A stretch of 64,000 nt of DNA from an uncultured virus (IMG/VR IMGVR_UViG_3300021389_000006). Its lineage: Duplodnaviria; Heunggongvirae; Uroviricota; Caudoviricetes. The notes beneath the pieces were generated by a model. The model was not told the DNA's origin. It was given only the letters and a program-made list of their open reading frames with translations, and searched no databases. The stretch is from the IMG/VR virus record IMGVR_UViG_3300021389_000006. The stretch is one strand, 5' to 3'. This document shows positions 51,001 to 58,727 of the stretch, one piece after another; the first letter of the stretch is position 1, and every line of letters begins with the position of its first letter. The translations under genes and the position numbers were made by a program.

Positions 51001-52800
51001 AAAATGTTATTAGGAGCTATAAATGGTGAAACAGTAAATGAAACAGCTATCTTAAAGTTGTTTAAGAAAGTCTTGGGGATTACTCAATTTACAGGTAACA
51101 TGGGAGCTGTAACTGGACTTACTAAAGGATTAGGTAAAAGTATTGTAGATGTAAATACAAAAGCAGAAAGCATTGAGAAACTAATGAGCAAAGAGGCTCC
51201 AATAGATTTATATAATATTTATAAAGGAAAAACATTCCAGAATACATATTTAAAAATCTTCTATCAAATTAAAGAAAAACTTCTACCTAGCACTTTCTTA
51301 ACAGCTAGTCCAGAGTTTAATAAAATATCCAATGAAGTATTTGCACAACTTGGTGTAGATAGTATAGAGTTTACAGAAGAAGTAAAAGACAAAGTTAGAT
51401 TAGACATTTTATCTTACTTAACTATTAAGGCATATGATAATCATATGATGAATAATAATAGTAGAAAGGTGGCTACACTAAATAATCAGTTGTTATATCC
51501 ATCACAAGATAGTGAGTCTATTGTAGATGTAGCAGAAAGATTATTAGAATGGGCAGAGATTAATGACCCTAACAACTTCTTTATTATGAATTTCTTAGAT
51601 ATTACTAAGGCTGATAATATAGATAATTCAAGTGGTTTAAATTTAGCTATGGCTAATACATTTAGAAACATTAGCTCTTCTCAAAAATTAGATTTAGTAA
51701 ATGACTTTAATAAATTATATACTAATGTGCAGACTAAAGATGATGCACAAGCAGTAATAAATTATATAATGGTTAAAGATGGATTGCAGTTAGGATATGG
51801 TTCATTATTATCAGCTATAGCACCACAAGTATTAAATGATTATTTAAATGAAGTTGAGTCAGTAAGAAAGACTTTGGAAGGTGAGATAACATTTGATACT
51901 ACATTTGGTATGACTAGAGATGAATTACTAGAAGAATTTAAGGAAGGATATTTATCATCTAATATCACTGGTCCACTATTAGTAAACTATAGTAGAAGTG
52001 AGATTCAACAGCTGCCAAAGAATGTACGTTTAAAAGGAAATGTTTTAACTGTTACATATAAATTAGATCAAGAAGTAAAAGATTACATTAGAATTGCTAA
52101 TGAATCAGAGCTTGGGGGTACAACATATAAAACATATAAAATAGATCCTGATCAAACAGCATTAAGTAGAACATATAGTGAGATTGAAACTCTTGGTTCT
52201 AATCAACAAACACCAATTGGTTTTATGTTTGACACTGCAGAATTTAGTAGACCTACTTATAAAGTTAATAGAGCATATGTAAAAACTAAAAACGGTCAAA
52301 CTACACAAGACAGGCTAATTGATAATATAGGTATTCCTGATGCAAGGCTTGTAGAAGATGCGTTACAAAGTGAAGACAATAATATTGAAGCAACTGATAA
52401 GGGTATAGAAGTTAATGGTGTTAATGTAGCAGATACAAATGCTTTATTAAAAGGGTTGTTAGATAATAGTCAAAATGTAGAAGATCAGATTATTGCTACT
52501 AATAATCTAGAAGATGTAGAGAACAACTTACCAAATATAGATGTAAATGAGCAAGGGCAATATGCAATATTTTTTGAGGAAGCCACTGATGAATCAGCAC
52601 AATTTCCTTATCTTTCTAATGGTTATGATATGTTAATGAGTAATAACCTTAACAAGCCAATCATGCTTGAAAACAATTTGTTTCCGTTAAGTAAGATGAT
52701 TGCAGAATATAATGATAACTTTGTCAAAGATTCATCTAAGACAGAACAAGAAAATCAAGAAGCATTTTTAGATCAATTAAAATGTTTAGGTTTAAAATAA
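39070..52800 (+). CDS. Giant virion-packaged DNA-dependent RNA polymerase (crAss-like) with zincin-like protease domain
   Basis: Catalytic GADFDIDK (DFDID at 50011-50025), preceded by RIPTQ (49894). HEAFH (45499-45513) with downstream EEYLADEF is a zincin motif. Gly/Ala-rich hydrophobic N-terminal region. Confidence 0.9.
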   Translation: MENQNDKSFQNDSLATTIQETQRPYSSVVNPADERFIPVTEMFDNAYTQIADINAVDPSIISGVNRFKNELDQYGIPALANLGVARPSLATGTFDPVAQQNPPDNDFSKIQRILNDNVSAGPSNDIEAPRFVNMRSAQFDRYFNHSSFNDLGFAPYSNMEEYYNVNSDVYDDMSRMWGQWTSLAGSGFSSVYRSIGDLFDGDDYFYQPDTTTALEFEDAMRIGNSSRDGGMAWTNNLLLNSAYTMGIIGSIAVEELALFAAAGVQGFLNPASDAVLLARTGANLKRLAVEGARVFNVFRGMEAGRDIYRTLKSADAAKDFWSAAKTGGQVLGNAFAPNTLYALKNFKTAQNAAQNGINIAKAANTFGGFYRDVRAVNLALAESKLEGGMVYNNIVREGIDIYEAKSGRAVTPEEMAKITSKASKAAFYTTMANAPIIYASNWFVLGNAMGGFNRTLGRVFNDAFETGFKTVVKTGATRGAGGKLMKDVFEDVGSNLAGTIKKVRAAGWKGLAGKGGAAMLRYSASNFAEGIQEVSQEAVAAATEGYFTEVMKDPLAGGIQLRNASIASGMGSQLSSEGFSVFMSGFLMGGVVQGPQKLFFQGVPSIYKYGLNEAASGLGFDKGSFGTKKQTEAWQEYKTQRDDFIKTVVDTHNTAWNNQIDDPNSLFDENQFNFMMQKQLSAEMKAAVNNNDMFGFKDAQDAAKFQQMYTIFSNGTSQVFRSQLTDMMTLSDEELYEAYKDAAGVSPQDIKNGKIRERLGKMVEAIDKQEKSYRANKAKFPNPFDSTKFKKNTNEYVQEVLKENAWNHARFIYMFTQDGFEKALERSNAIYSKLENEPIFEKMAAKDLTVLLNMESIDKELEMLKAEMKVFADSEQKSRTKDIADKEERISRLQAIKDILQDPKYATNPKGKRKGQFDRRNIKKLRPAFKAYVQYLARTQDSFVSEDNIDKALIDIVDHIALRGRARVYDKTIEYLGNPDRFTEIVDRQYAFEKQYYARIKENFEEVVEKYVGIIEANELINQLTSISPSVFADPLETAMFLKTGDSKHLKTFYTADGPVTMLNADGAMEVLNKKVYEQIKSKLINYNGIKEQDTTEQTQPKEKTEDQVVNEAAADVEDTLNNMGIEVELPQTNNTPMLNALLERKYRKYAASAAIMGDPVLSFEKWRNTEEGINLQNGFNAVKKIWAAGGMTNNPDTQQPEYVSPLSREQILSENGFQEWSQSRETIESPDVKRVLDQLNLTLADIFIQPDAVGDEGSAVLGDQKKKVKLKGSTAAIIQIDTVDINTGEAVTYYKVTDLQGNNLSKQLLDFLTAKNKTHSFGSFRTLGAAKDAFKIIEATAPDTTVFPFDNVEGLSQGMIVYKDNEPYIILSNPGEAARGYLKVIPAALNTPNKKELKSNTITLKEGEFKGVYAPQKLDTTRLNANVARIDVNEPVTPYKAVNEGEGSGSNGTAEARYNVIISALSKDDLANLEYVITVPENSGEVSTRQFSMVGKDGQTYLSPNPLIRLATSKYQIGIRVKDPAAQEKIYQALTKANLAPNTNPGGFFAFLNNQYVVMEDMQGNPVDPRSMTEEQMLNTIYPGGVQNMSNKELLDLVHNNFALNALIVNELDSLNLTVESEPYVFEKGFGKFGLKVQGGRVAYPKGAQAARSVNDLMFTDSDLNGGVLIYDMKYDENTGKRTVQTVTNLEGDAQARLRADVKQGLLEQGLYNQMLNGTDRYYVIIKLPNGTYAPVNVKSNRLTTLEISELYNEVIERAQLTLKDNAKGEDVLFNDKWNEDLGNRLFISNKPGYIIDLEVSPYGKPQFVLKKKLGKDNIEEIARVELDKDKVRDKELSSDQKIQSLINDFNNDEAVRGEAVKISAGNLRQSFADGAPVEEILAKTSTSVLPKVIEQQKLRVTADAVAIEASKQIAFINPTKPEDVKPQPNPTNEELGDAGLEGLTDEEFEELVSEDFESVNNEFLQPVVNKLLRGIDLNTREEAVFKALESKIELLVLNQGGRNSLAEATEVVESPLQRAKDELDLYKEELLEGVPFKQHAKTLKASKEYQRLLKNYKDLARIANKILESSRTPQEVEDIDTFIDWARVNLPDYISVESLQNLQDNFQSTNQRVGAFMLNMSHIGNGVEGTIFTSAVSPFKYHEAFHGVFRMLLTQEEIVKYRSIARKEVRAKLRAEGKSFKKELEIFRNSASTYTNMTEKELQNEYYEEYLADEFEKFKMDPKSTNVDAEVKSLFTRFIEWIKSLFNNVAQDELQILFKNIDSGKYQQAQVAKNEFTAALNAGPIVANALLPYSSEQVQDATGRVRTGVLYLNSDIANPMIGSIAAMFLSRVRQIEGEYNPKEVLDTLIEDFQNLYNPRNPSNESLTEEQLAELESIQDAFNIYPEEITKAVVAQLNTIGTQVDEEQFTMDEFEDSTGIRTTTQYGKDASLSGGFNSLSTFLRGYIATTNLEANEQGEVMDLYGNVSLESSDQRFDNQPLIIPVDAQYAYNALLKAVKNTEDTKQILEQMYAFGVDNPHAGAVVNRILNQAGISPETLLSNDPLPTNFVMKDPGFLQAVIKGFQNYRVNYIFNERDEYGNVRVYSAAQRDDINAQLDKWNQAFISKKKRFNDPKVENQIEVLLDGLSDLLSSKKAITNKLLSKKANQYSIDLFNLTGIKLSPLYIRFSALQDKPTSVLNVSQASLVRNNADQKGINRVGINPTAQTGQEYVTTVEQLRLAIQTGANIFSTRKDGMASRLYELSQNNAAFDETVGASVFKNPNGDLVYSHQLPTYHLKQIKALNNSSTFDQLILDDPYLANNYLLNSSAFRNMSNKNMIIVSRVAGSKLGRELTSEEDLNDSISGIKSTSTYGDFTAQEFAINMINNYTAFFNTKSNKVDRVVDAEGNEVAIAPVLIRVMEASNTGDTIGLPVIKAVETVNGEVVITDTAVDIVVNEIATEFNRIVREGLELNNESRNIIAGYNQNENGRAFKFQNNRLSISEKLKQDLIAVALEQTKAGETVTLEKALSLIDSNMATVRKEIRDNIEIQFDEFQDTLDELNVRDQLSKYIKDGLTIGQGVARKETLKSAQLLNLNYLEEHNLKQIFINDYINTISINQVLLGDEAMSLKDPIDQVKRAKMQNAAYYNAYSSFSAPLLGVQHNVEDISLVTFEEPQGVSSITGNPIDKADAQMYITTKAFRYMRFGFGKLTEAEAKLIDAIESGQTLPEGTYDLANKIFGNEQAPVGLAAEQKLLNSKKLVYGDGKTFLKMSAFVLTPQYTSNWDAVSEQWVAKPNRVELHNLRVKLEAIEKGKETISIATPVSASKMMKQRINNIEQLRNTNEFTEGVTTLDARNMGLQVLNPSNKLDIIDPTQIKEILTAEQDDSVFVEGLGMTVGEIRKAYNDAVSKRVELKFKNRRNLIFTLGTALDELAVSSESGMITPNLEAFLQYAMNSLKASQSNETLIDFFSSTNGIQNYDLNNPITVKKFEQLFLSYFSKGTLSERAPGVSLTLVSDFGNNVYRRVYEVDANGVPVRSEVIREKVFEKNPEPLVELDSLVEGEHNGVVVLDRLRTGLMEYTNPKDKSTATGQRYTEFMMPAHHKEVMELVEDGSMSMPEAISKLFGVRIPTQDNHSAIAMKLVDFMPAYYGSSAMFSQELVEVSGADFDIDKVFALIKEFYVKDGKFVEYKQEGNYDEYFRYINERVVKSGSVYAEAANLWDEESSASKTPITLSEENSVTDAGLSERGLQALKVLGLPITKAQYKLYVAKHGVPYDAPLNNKLVDLKYALVSNTGVTESESGVPISYESANTDVLNDLLVELANESQYFKDKLEENVSDINNLNGKILAFKANKGASIGAFVLPNLYLSLLTEYKATLKSPVRVNGKSYTNYGVTVMESGDRKQDINSSLVTAATDNAKDRLIGKFGLNRNAASVLMNMIALGIPLKTGVLLLNNPKIQELYDTAINKNDQFDAGIISLVDAEIGDSKDKAMVTDKMLLGAINGETVNETAILKLFKKVLGITQFTGNMGAVTGLTKGLGKSIVDVNTKAESIEKLMSKEAPIDLYNIYKGKTFQNTYLKIFYQIKEKLLPSTFLTASPEFNKISNEVFAQLGVDSIEFTEEVKDKVRLDILSYLTIKAYDNHMMNNNSRKVATLNNQLLYPSQDSESIVDVAERLLEWAEINDPNNFFIMNFLDITKADNIDNSSGLNLAMANTFRNISSSQKLDLVNDFNKLYTNVQTKDDAQAVINYIMVKDGLQLGYGSLLSAIAPQVLNDYLNEVESVRKTLEGEITFDTTFGMTRDELLEEFKEGYLSSNITGPLLVNYSRSEIQQLPKNVRLKGNVLTVTYKLDQEVKDYIRIANESELGGTTYKTYKIDPDQTALSRTYSEIETLGSNQQTPIGFMFDTAEFSRPTYKVNRAYVKTKNGQTTQDRLIDNIGIPDARLVEDALQSEDNNIEATDKGIEVNGVNVADTNALLKGLLDNSQNVEDQIIATNNLEDVENNLPNIDVNEQGQYAIFFEEATDESAQFPYLSNGYDMLMSNNLNKPIMLENNLFPLSKMIAEYNDNFVKDSSKTEQENQEAFLDQLKCLGLK

Positions 52801-52807
52801 TATAGAT

Positions 52808-55800
52808 ATGGCAAGATGTCCAAATAAAAATACTGCAGAGTATAAAGCATTACAAGATGTATTTCAAACAGAAGTACAAACTAATAATGTTATAAATACA
52901 TGGCAAGATATTAATAACTCAGATAAATTTCCTACTCCGGTAGAAGCTACTGAAATGATTAAAGAACAGAAAGTTGCTTTTGCATTAAAGCAAAAAGAGT
53001 TTGCTGTTAGTCTATTAGATAATTTGCGTAGAGAAAAAATTGGACATACTTATCAAGGACAGTTTCTTATAAATCATTCTAATCCACAAACCAGAGAGTT
53101 TGATGCAATGTTTCTGGATGCAAATGTAAAAAGATTATATAGATACTTAAGAATAAACAATATACCAGCAGACACTATTACATTACAAAAAACTCCTATG
53201 ACATATAGGTTGATTGTTAATGATGATATGTTTACTAACAAAGATATAATTGAGTCATCAAGATCATGGGATACTAATAGATCTAGAGAAGTGGTAATGC
53301 ATTTGAAGAGAATGTTTCCACAAGTTAATGTACAAATGTTAAGTGTATCTAAAGCAGCAGAGATGTTTGCTAACTTCCCAGACTGGAAGAAAAGTAATGT
53401 CAAGTTTAAAGATGTAAAATCTTTCTACGTTGACGGTACTGCATACTTAATTAAAGGTAGAGTTACTGACGAGACAGCAATTGAAGAAATGCTACACCCA
53501 ATTGTAGATGCAATTAAAGTAGATAATGCAGAGTTGTTTAATGGTTTATTAGCAGAAGCTAGTAAATCTTTTCCTGAAATGGTTCAACAAATTAAAGCTG
53601 AGTATAATCAAAACACTAGAAACTTTAGTGATACTGAAAGAGATCTAGAGATTGTTACTCAAGCCCTAACAAGACATTTTAAAAAGGAATATGAAACACA
53701 ACCTACTAAAGGATTCTTAGATAGGGTGAATGAAATGATGGAGTGGTTTATGAATCTTATTGATAATCTAAGTCAATATTTAACTGGTAGACCTTTATCT
53801 GTTAGAGATATAAATCCAAGCGGTAACTTAAGTGATATTGCTAAACTTCTTAATACAGAAGGGATACAGTTTAAATTAGAGAGTAGAGCCAATGGTAAAA
53901 TAAGATTTAGTCTTTCTCCTGAAAAGAAAAAACAAGTTGATCAGGCTTTGTCTGAAGCTAATGGTGTTCAAGCGGAAGTAATTAAAAGTTTATTCCATGT
54001 AGCTAACTCATCAGAAGTTGAGGTCAACTCATTATCTGGTAGTAGATTTAAAACGGATGAAGAAATAAACAGAAAAGATACAGGAGATACTATAGTAATT
54101 CTAAATGAAGAAGACCATACATATTATGATATAACTGATGGTGAACAGTATACATCAGTTACTACAGCAATTAAAGGTACACTTAAAAATCAAGAAGATG
54201 TACAGTTAAATTTAGATATTGGTAATGATGTAGATGCTTTATTAGATGCATTAGTAACTCACCGTAGTGTTGAAGATGTGTTTGATAAAATGAAAATTGT
54301 AGATCTAGAGACTGCTAAATCTGTTTATAATACACTAGAAACTACATTGGCTAATATAATGCCAGAAGGATCTGTAGCACTATCACAAGTTGTAGTGTTT
54401 GATAAACAAACTAAAATGGCTGGTACAGCTGATTTAGTAATTATAGATAAGAATGGTTTTATTAAAATTGTAGATTTAAAGACTACAAAAAATTCATTGA
54501 AGTCTTTTACTACAGAAGATACAAAGGTAGGTAGAAAGCAAACCAAATACTATGATAAAGAATGGGCCCTAAATGAAGATAGTTTATTAAAACAAGCAGG
54601 AATAGATAAATTATCTACCAGAGGTCAACATAACCTACAAGTAAATATCTATAGAAGAATGTTTCAAAACATGGGCTATGATGTATACCAGGGAGATTAT
54701 GCTGCTTCTACTTTTCATTTAGTTGCTGATATTAGTGGTAAAGGAAAGAATCAAAAGTTTAATGGTACTATTAAGTCTGATCAATGGGTAGACCATCCTA
54801 TATCTCAAAATATAGATATGGTAAACATGTTAGTTCCAATTAATCCTGACTCAGCAAAAGCAGATCAGCTTGATGAGTTGACTAAGGATATGGAAGACAA
54901 ACTTATGGATCCTGACATTACTCCAGCTGATGTAATACAAGAAGATGAAAACACAGCTGAAACTGTTACACCAAGACCAGAGCAACCAGCATATGATACT
55001 ATAAGTGGGGTACTAAAGGACTATCAATTATCACTGGTAAATAAGATAGATCTATTAGAAGCAAAAGGAATAGCTAAAGCATCTATATTTATAGACAGAA
55101 CTAAAGATGAAGCTATAGAGCAACTTGCTTCTACTATTGCTTTTATTAATATTGCTATGTCTGAAGGGCCTATAGCAAGATCAACAGCATACTCTGAGTT
55201 ATTACAAGACTCATTAAGACAAATAAGAAAGTTTAGTAAATACATTCAAGATCCAAAAAACTTTGCTAAGCCAGAATACATTACTTATGTATTAAACTTT
55301 GATAAATATATAAAGACATTCCAAGGATTACATAGCATAGAATCAACAGCAGAATTAAATGCTACTCAAAGATCTTTAATTCTTTCTTTAAAAATAGAGC
55401 TCAATAAATTAACAGGTGGTAGTACAGAAAATGGTGGTTTAATAAATGAGGCAATTGATAGTTATGTAAAAGAAGTTATTAGGCTTAAGTCTAATAAAGA
55501 TTTTGGAGGTGAAGGAAGCTACTTTAGTGAAGCAGACTTAGACTTATTATTAAAAGAAGCCTATGATATATCTTCTGCTGATTTATATACTAGAGATCTG
55601 GCTACACAGGGTGTAGAAGGACCAGCAAATAAAGGATCAGGTACTATTCTAGCCTTAATGGATAAAATATACAAAGCAAAAAAACAAGAACTATTAGATA
55701 AAGTTGCAGTAAGAGAGAGCACTATTAAAGCTGCAGGTAATAAGGTAATTAAGTTAACTCCTAATGCTAACCGTAATACTGCATATAACTTCATGTTAGT

Positions 55801-58624
55801 CTTTGATGAAAATGGAGAGTTTACAGGAAACTATGTTAAAAAGATTGGTCAACAATACTATAATAAACAAGAAGAATTGAGAGGTGTGTTATATGATAAT
55901 GATGGTACACCATATCAGTATGAAGAAATATTACAGTCTGATCTAGAAGAGTTGATGAAGACTAAGGAAGGACGTGCAAAAATAGAATACAATAAAGATC
56001 TTGCAGAAAAGAAAGCTAAGTTTAGTGAATTCTTTAGAGCAGAAAGAACAACAGATGGTCAGTATGATACAGGAGAATATCATACATATACTCAAGAGTT
56101 TATGGATGCCAGAGATAAAATGGAATACTATGTTCCTGGTAAAGATGGAAGTCCGTTTGGTAATTGGTATAGAAAACCACGTGTGTCTGATGTTGCATAT
56201 GCTAAATATGAAGCAAAGTATTACAAAGTAAATGAATATACTAAAGCAGTAAGAGTGGATGGTCAACCTACTGGAGCTATAGTACCTGGTCAAACATACC
56301 GCTCACCAAAAGTTAAGTATAGAGTAGCATTAGAAAAAACAAATCCAGTACAAGGTTTATCTATAGATATGACTAGCTCACAGTATAGGAGCATTATGAA
56401 TCCTACTGATGCACTAGGAGTAGCACAAAAAGAGTTCTATCAACTGTATGTACAGTATTTTGAAGATGAACTTCTTGCAATGCTACCACAGAATACAAAA
56501 AATAATATGTTGGGTAGAGTTCCTTTAGTAAGGAATGCTACTATAAACACAATGAAGAAAGAGTCTACTCTTTGGAACAAGCTGTATGCTAGAACAGTTA
56601 GTAGTAAAGCATGGAATATGTTTAATCAAACCTCAACACAAAAAGGTGTAATGGTTGATCCTATATCAGGTTATATAGTAGAACAAATGCCTATCTTCTA
56701 TACTGGTAGACCAAAGGTTGATGGTGAGATGGAGCAAGTAGAAAAAGAAAAGAAAACCTTACAAGATAAGTTTAAAAAGGGAGAGATAACTCAGAACAAA
56801 TATGATATAGATATAGCTGCCATAAATGGTAAGCTAGCTAGACTTAGATCAACTCCTAGTCAAGGAGAAATAAGTACTGACTTAGCAACTAGCTTAATTA
56901 AGTTTAGTGCAATGGCAGAAAACTATGAGACAATGGGGACCATTGATGATACTTTAAATGCTATGCTTAAAGTAATAGAAAAAAGAGCATATAAACCATC
57001 ACCATCATCAGGTCTAGGTTTTGTAGATAAAGTAAAAGGAGCTGTAGGTATTACACCTAAGAGTAAATATGCTAAGAATGATAACACCATAAGAAGAGCT
57101 CAGAAGTGGATGAGCATGGTTTACTATGACAATGAAAACATAACCAAAGGTGCAGCAGATAAAATAGCTGAAGGTATTATACAACTATCATCTTTATCTT
57201 ATGTAGCATTTAACCCTTTTGGTAACTTTAATAACTACTTGATTGGTAGAGTAAACAACAACATAGAATTACTAGCAGGTAGATTTGTAAGTAGAGAAGC
57301 ACAGCTAAGAGCAACAAGAGAGTTTAATAAAAGAGCACTTCCAGATTTAGTTTCAAGAACAGGAGCTGCATTAAAAGATGCAACAGATGTTTTAACATTA
57401 GGTAAAATACCAGGTTTAAAGTCTTCTGAGTATGATCCAAAGAGAGCTAATAGTAAGTATGAGGCTTTTGTTGATATGTTTAGAATGATGGATAAAATGT
57501 CTGAGCTACGTGAACAAGGTGCAGATACATCAGAAGGTAAGACATGGTTTGAAAGAGCATCTGAATGGGGTTATGTAATGCAAGATGCAGCAGAATACAA
57601 TGTACAAACTAAGATGGGTATGGCTGTATTAATGGATACCACATTAAAGAATAGTGCAACAGGTGAGACATTATCTTTATATGATGCTTTTACATATGAT
57701 GCTGCTTCTCATACAAATAAAATTAAGGATGGTTATGATACAGTTGTACTTAAGAATGGAAAAGAAACACCTTACACTGATGAGTTTAGATATGAGCTAA
57801 GAAATAAAATTAGAGAAATCAACAAACAAATCCATGGTAACTATGCTAGAGATGATAGAATGGTTTTACAACAAAGAACGTTAGGTAAGCTAGCTGTTCA
57901 GTTTAAAAAATGGGTAGCACCAGCTATTAGAGCAAGATACCAAAGAGAATACTTTGATGAAAACTTAGGGTGGATGGAAGGAAGGTATAGATCAGCTATG
58001 CAATTCTTTAACTACATGGGTCAGCAAATTAAAAAAGGCAACATGGAGTTTAGTACTTATGGAAAAGGGTTTATGGAAAGTAGAGAAGGCTATGATGGAA
58101 CTGGAGGTAATGCAGACCAACGTGCACAGAATAAACTTTTTGGGTTTTATAGAACTATGGGTGAGATAGCTATAATGTCAAGTGCATTATTAATTAATGC
58201 TATCTTAAGTAATTTGCTAGCAGGTGAGGGAGATGATACTGACTTAGAAAGAAGAATGAAAAACTTGACTAAGTATCAAGTAAACAGACTGTACAAAGAG
58301 ATGGTATTATTTATGCCTTGGTTCCCAGATGGTGGTAAACAAGTGTTCCAGCAATTTGGTAATCCTGTTGCAGCCACAAGAACTTTTGGTGAGTTATCTG
58401 AACTATTAGGAATGACAATGGTAACAGGATACAAAGGATTAAAACTTAAGTCTGGTTTAATTGATGAAGATGATTTCTATTTAGATAGCAGTATAGTTTA
58501 TCAAAGAGGTAAGAAAAGAGGTGAGCTTAAATTATATAAAAACTTTAAAGATGTTTTCCCTATAGTATATAGTATACAAAAATGGGAGTCATATTTAACT
58601 AATGATGATTTCTACATAAAATAA
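52808..58624 (+). CDS. Giant ejected protein with PD-(D/E)XK (RecB-like) nuclease domain and degenerate zincin
   Basis: N-terminal CPNKNTAEYKAL; AGTADLVIIDKNGFIKIVDLKT and a downstream LQVNIY (QxxxY); EEMLH in place of HExxH at 53483-53497. Confidence 0.7.
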   Translation: MARCPNKNTAEYKALQDVFQTEVQTNNVINTWQDINNSDKFPTPVEATEMIKEQKVAFALKQKEFAVSLLDNLRREKIGHTYQGQFLINHSNPQTREFDAMFLDANVKRLYRYLRINNIPADTITLQKTPMTYRLIVNDDMFTNKDIIESSRSWDTNRSREVVMHLKRMFPQVNVQMLSVSKAAEMFANFPDWKKSNVKFKDVKSFYVDGTAYLIKGRVTDETAIEEMLHPIVDAIKVDNAELFNGLLAEASKSFPEMVQQIKAEYNQNTRNFSDTERDLEIVTQALTRHFKKEYETQPTKGFLDRVNEMMEWFMNLIDNLSQYLTGRPLSVRDINPSGNLSDIAKLLNTEGIQFKLESRANGKIRFSLSPEKKKQVDQALSEANGVQAEVIKSLFHVANSSEVEVNSLSGSRFKTDEEINRKDTGDTIVILNEEDHTYYDITDGEQYTSVTTAIKGTLKNQEDVQLNLDIGNDVDALLDALVTHRSVEDVFDKMKIVDLETAKSVYNTLETTLANIMPEGSVALSQVVVFDKQTKMAGTADLVIIDKNGFIKIVDLKTTKNSLKSFTTEDTKVGRKQTKYYDKEWALNEDSLLKQAGIDKLSTRGQHNLQVNIYRRMFQNMGYDVYQGDYAASTFHLVADISGKGKNQKFNGTIKSDQWVDHPISQNIDMVNMLVPINPDSAKADQLDELTKDMEDKLMDPDITPADVIQEDENTAETVTPRPEQPAYDTISGVLKDYQLSLVNKIDLLEAKGIAKASIFIDRTKDEAIEQLASTIAFINIAMSEGPIARSTAYSELLQDSLRQIRKFSKYIQDPKNFAKPEYITYVLNFDKYIKTFQGLHSIESTAELNATQRSLILSLKIELNKLTGGSTENGGLINEAIDSYVKEVIRLKSNKDFGGEGSYFSEADLDLLLKEAYDISSADLYTRDLATQGVEGPANKGSGTILALMDKIYKAKKQELLDKVAVRESTIKAAGNKVIKLTPNANRNTAYNFMLVFDENGEFTGNYVKKIGQQYYNKQEELRGVLYDNDGTPYQYEEILQSDLEELMKTKEGRAKIEYNKDLAEKKAKFSEFFRAERTTDGQYDTGEYHTYTQEFMDARDKMEYYVPGKDGSPFGNWYRKPRVSDVAYAKYEAKYYKVNEYTKAVRVDGQPTGAIVPGQTYRSPKVKYRVALEKTNPVQGLSIDMTSSQYRSIMNPTDALGVAQKEFYQLYVQYFEDELLAMLPQNTKNNMLGRVPLVRNATINTMKKESTLWNKLYARTVSSKAWNMFNQTSTQKGVMVDPISGYIVEQMPIFYTGRPKVDGEMEQVEKEKKTLQDKFKKGEITQNKYDIDIAAINGKLARLRSTPSQGEISTDLATSLIKFSAMAENYETMGTIDDTLNAMLKVIEKRAYKPSPSSGLGFVDKVKGAVGITPKSKYAKNDNTIRRAQKWMSMVYYDNENITKGAADKIAEGIIQLSSLSYVAFNPFGNFNNYLIGRVNNNIELLAGRFVSREAQLRATREFNKRALPDLVSRTGAALKDATDVLTLGKIPGLKSSEYDPKRANSKYEAFVDMFRMMDKMSELREQGADTSEGKTWFERASEWGYVMQDAAEYNVQTKMGMAVLMDTTLKNSATGETLSLYDAFTYDAASHTNKIKDGYDTVVLKNGKETPYTDEFRYELRNKIREINKQIHGNYARDDRMVLQQRTLGKLAVQFKKWVAPAIRARYQREYFDENLGWMEGRYRSAMQFFNYMGQQIKKGNMEFSTYGKGFMESREGYDGTGGNADQRAQNKLFGFYRTMGEIAIMSSALLINAILSNLLAGEGDDTDLERRMKNLTKYQVNRLYKEMVLFMPWFPDGGKQVFQQFGNPVAATRTFGELSELLGMTMVTGYKGLKLKSGLIDEDDFYLDSSIVYQRGKKRGELKLYKNFKDVFPIVYSIQKWESYLTNDDFYIK

Positions 58625-58673
58625 GATTATCAGCCAAATTTGCAGTAAAATTATTTTTTGGGATCAATTAGAT

Positions 58674-58684
58674 TGTGTATATTA
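58674..58684 (+). promoter_or_regulatory. Promoter motif variant TGTGTATATTA
   Basis: One mismatch to the recurrent motif; upstream of the envelope cassette. Confidence 0.5.
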
Positions 58685-58727
58685 TTATATAAACCAGCAA
58701 TAAATTTGAACAAATTAATTCATATAT

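Noticed and set aside
211..56293. Numerous short - strand ORFs (and a few off-frame + ORFs) in the ORF track
   Set aside because: They lie antisense to or inside long, motif-bearing genes and have Ser/Leu/Ile-rich shadow composition with no leaders.
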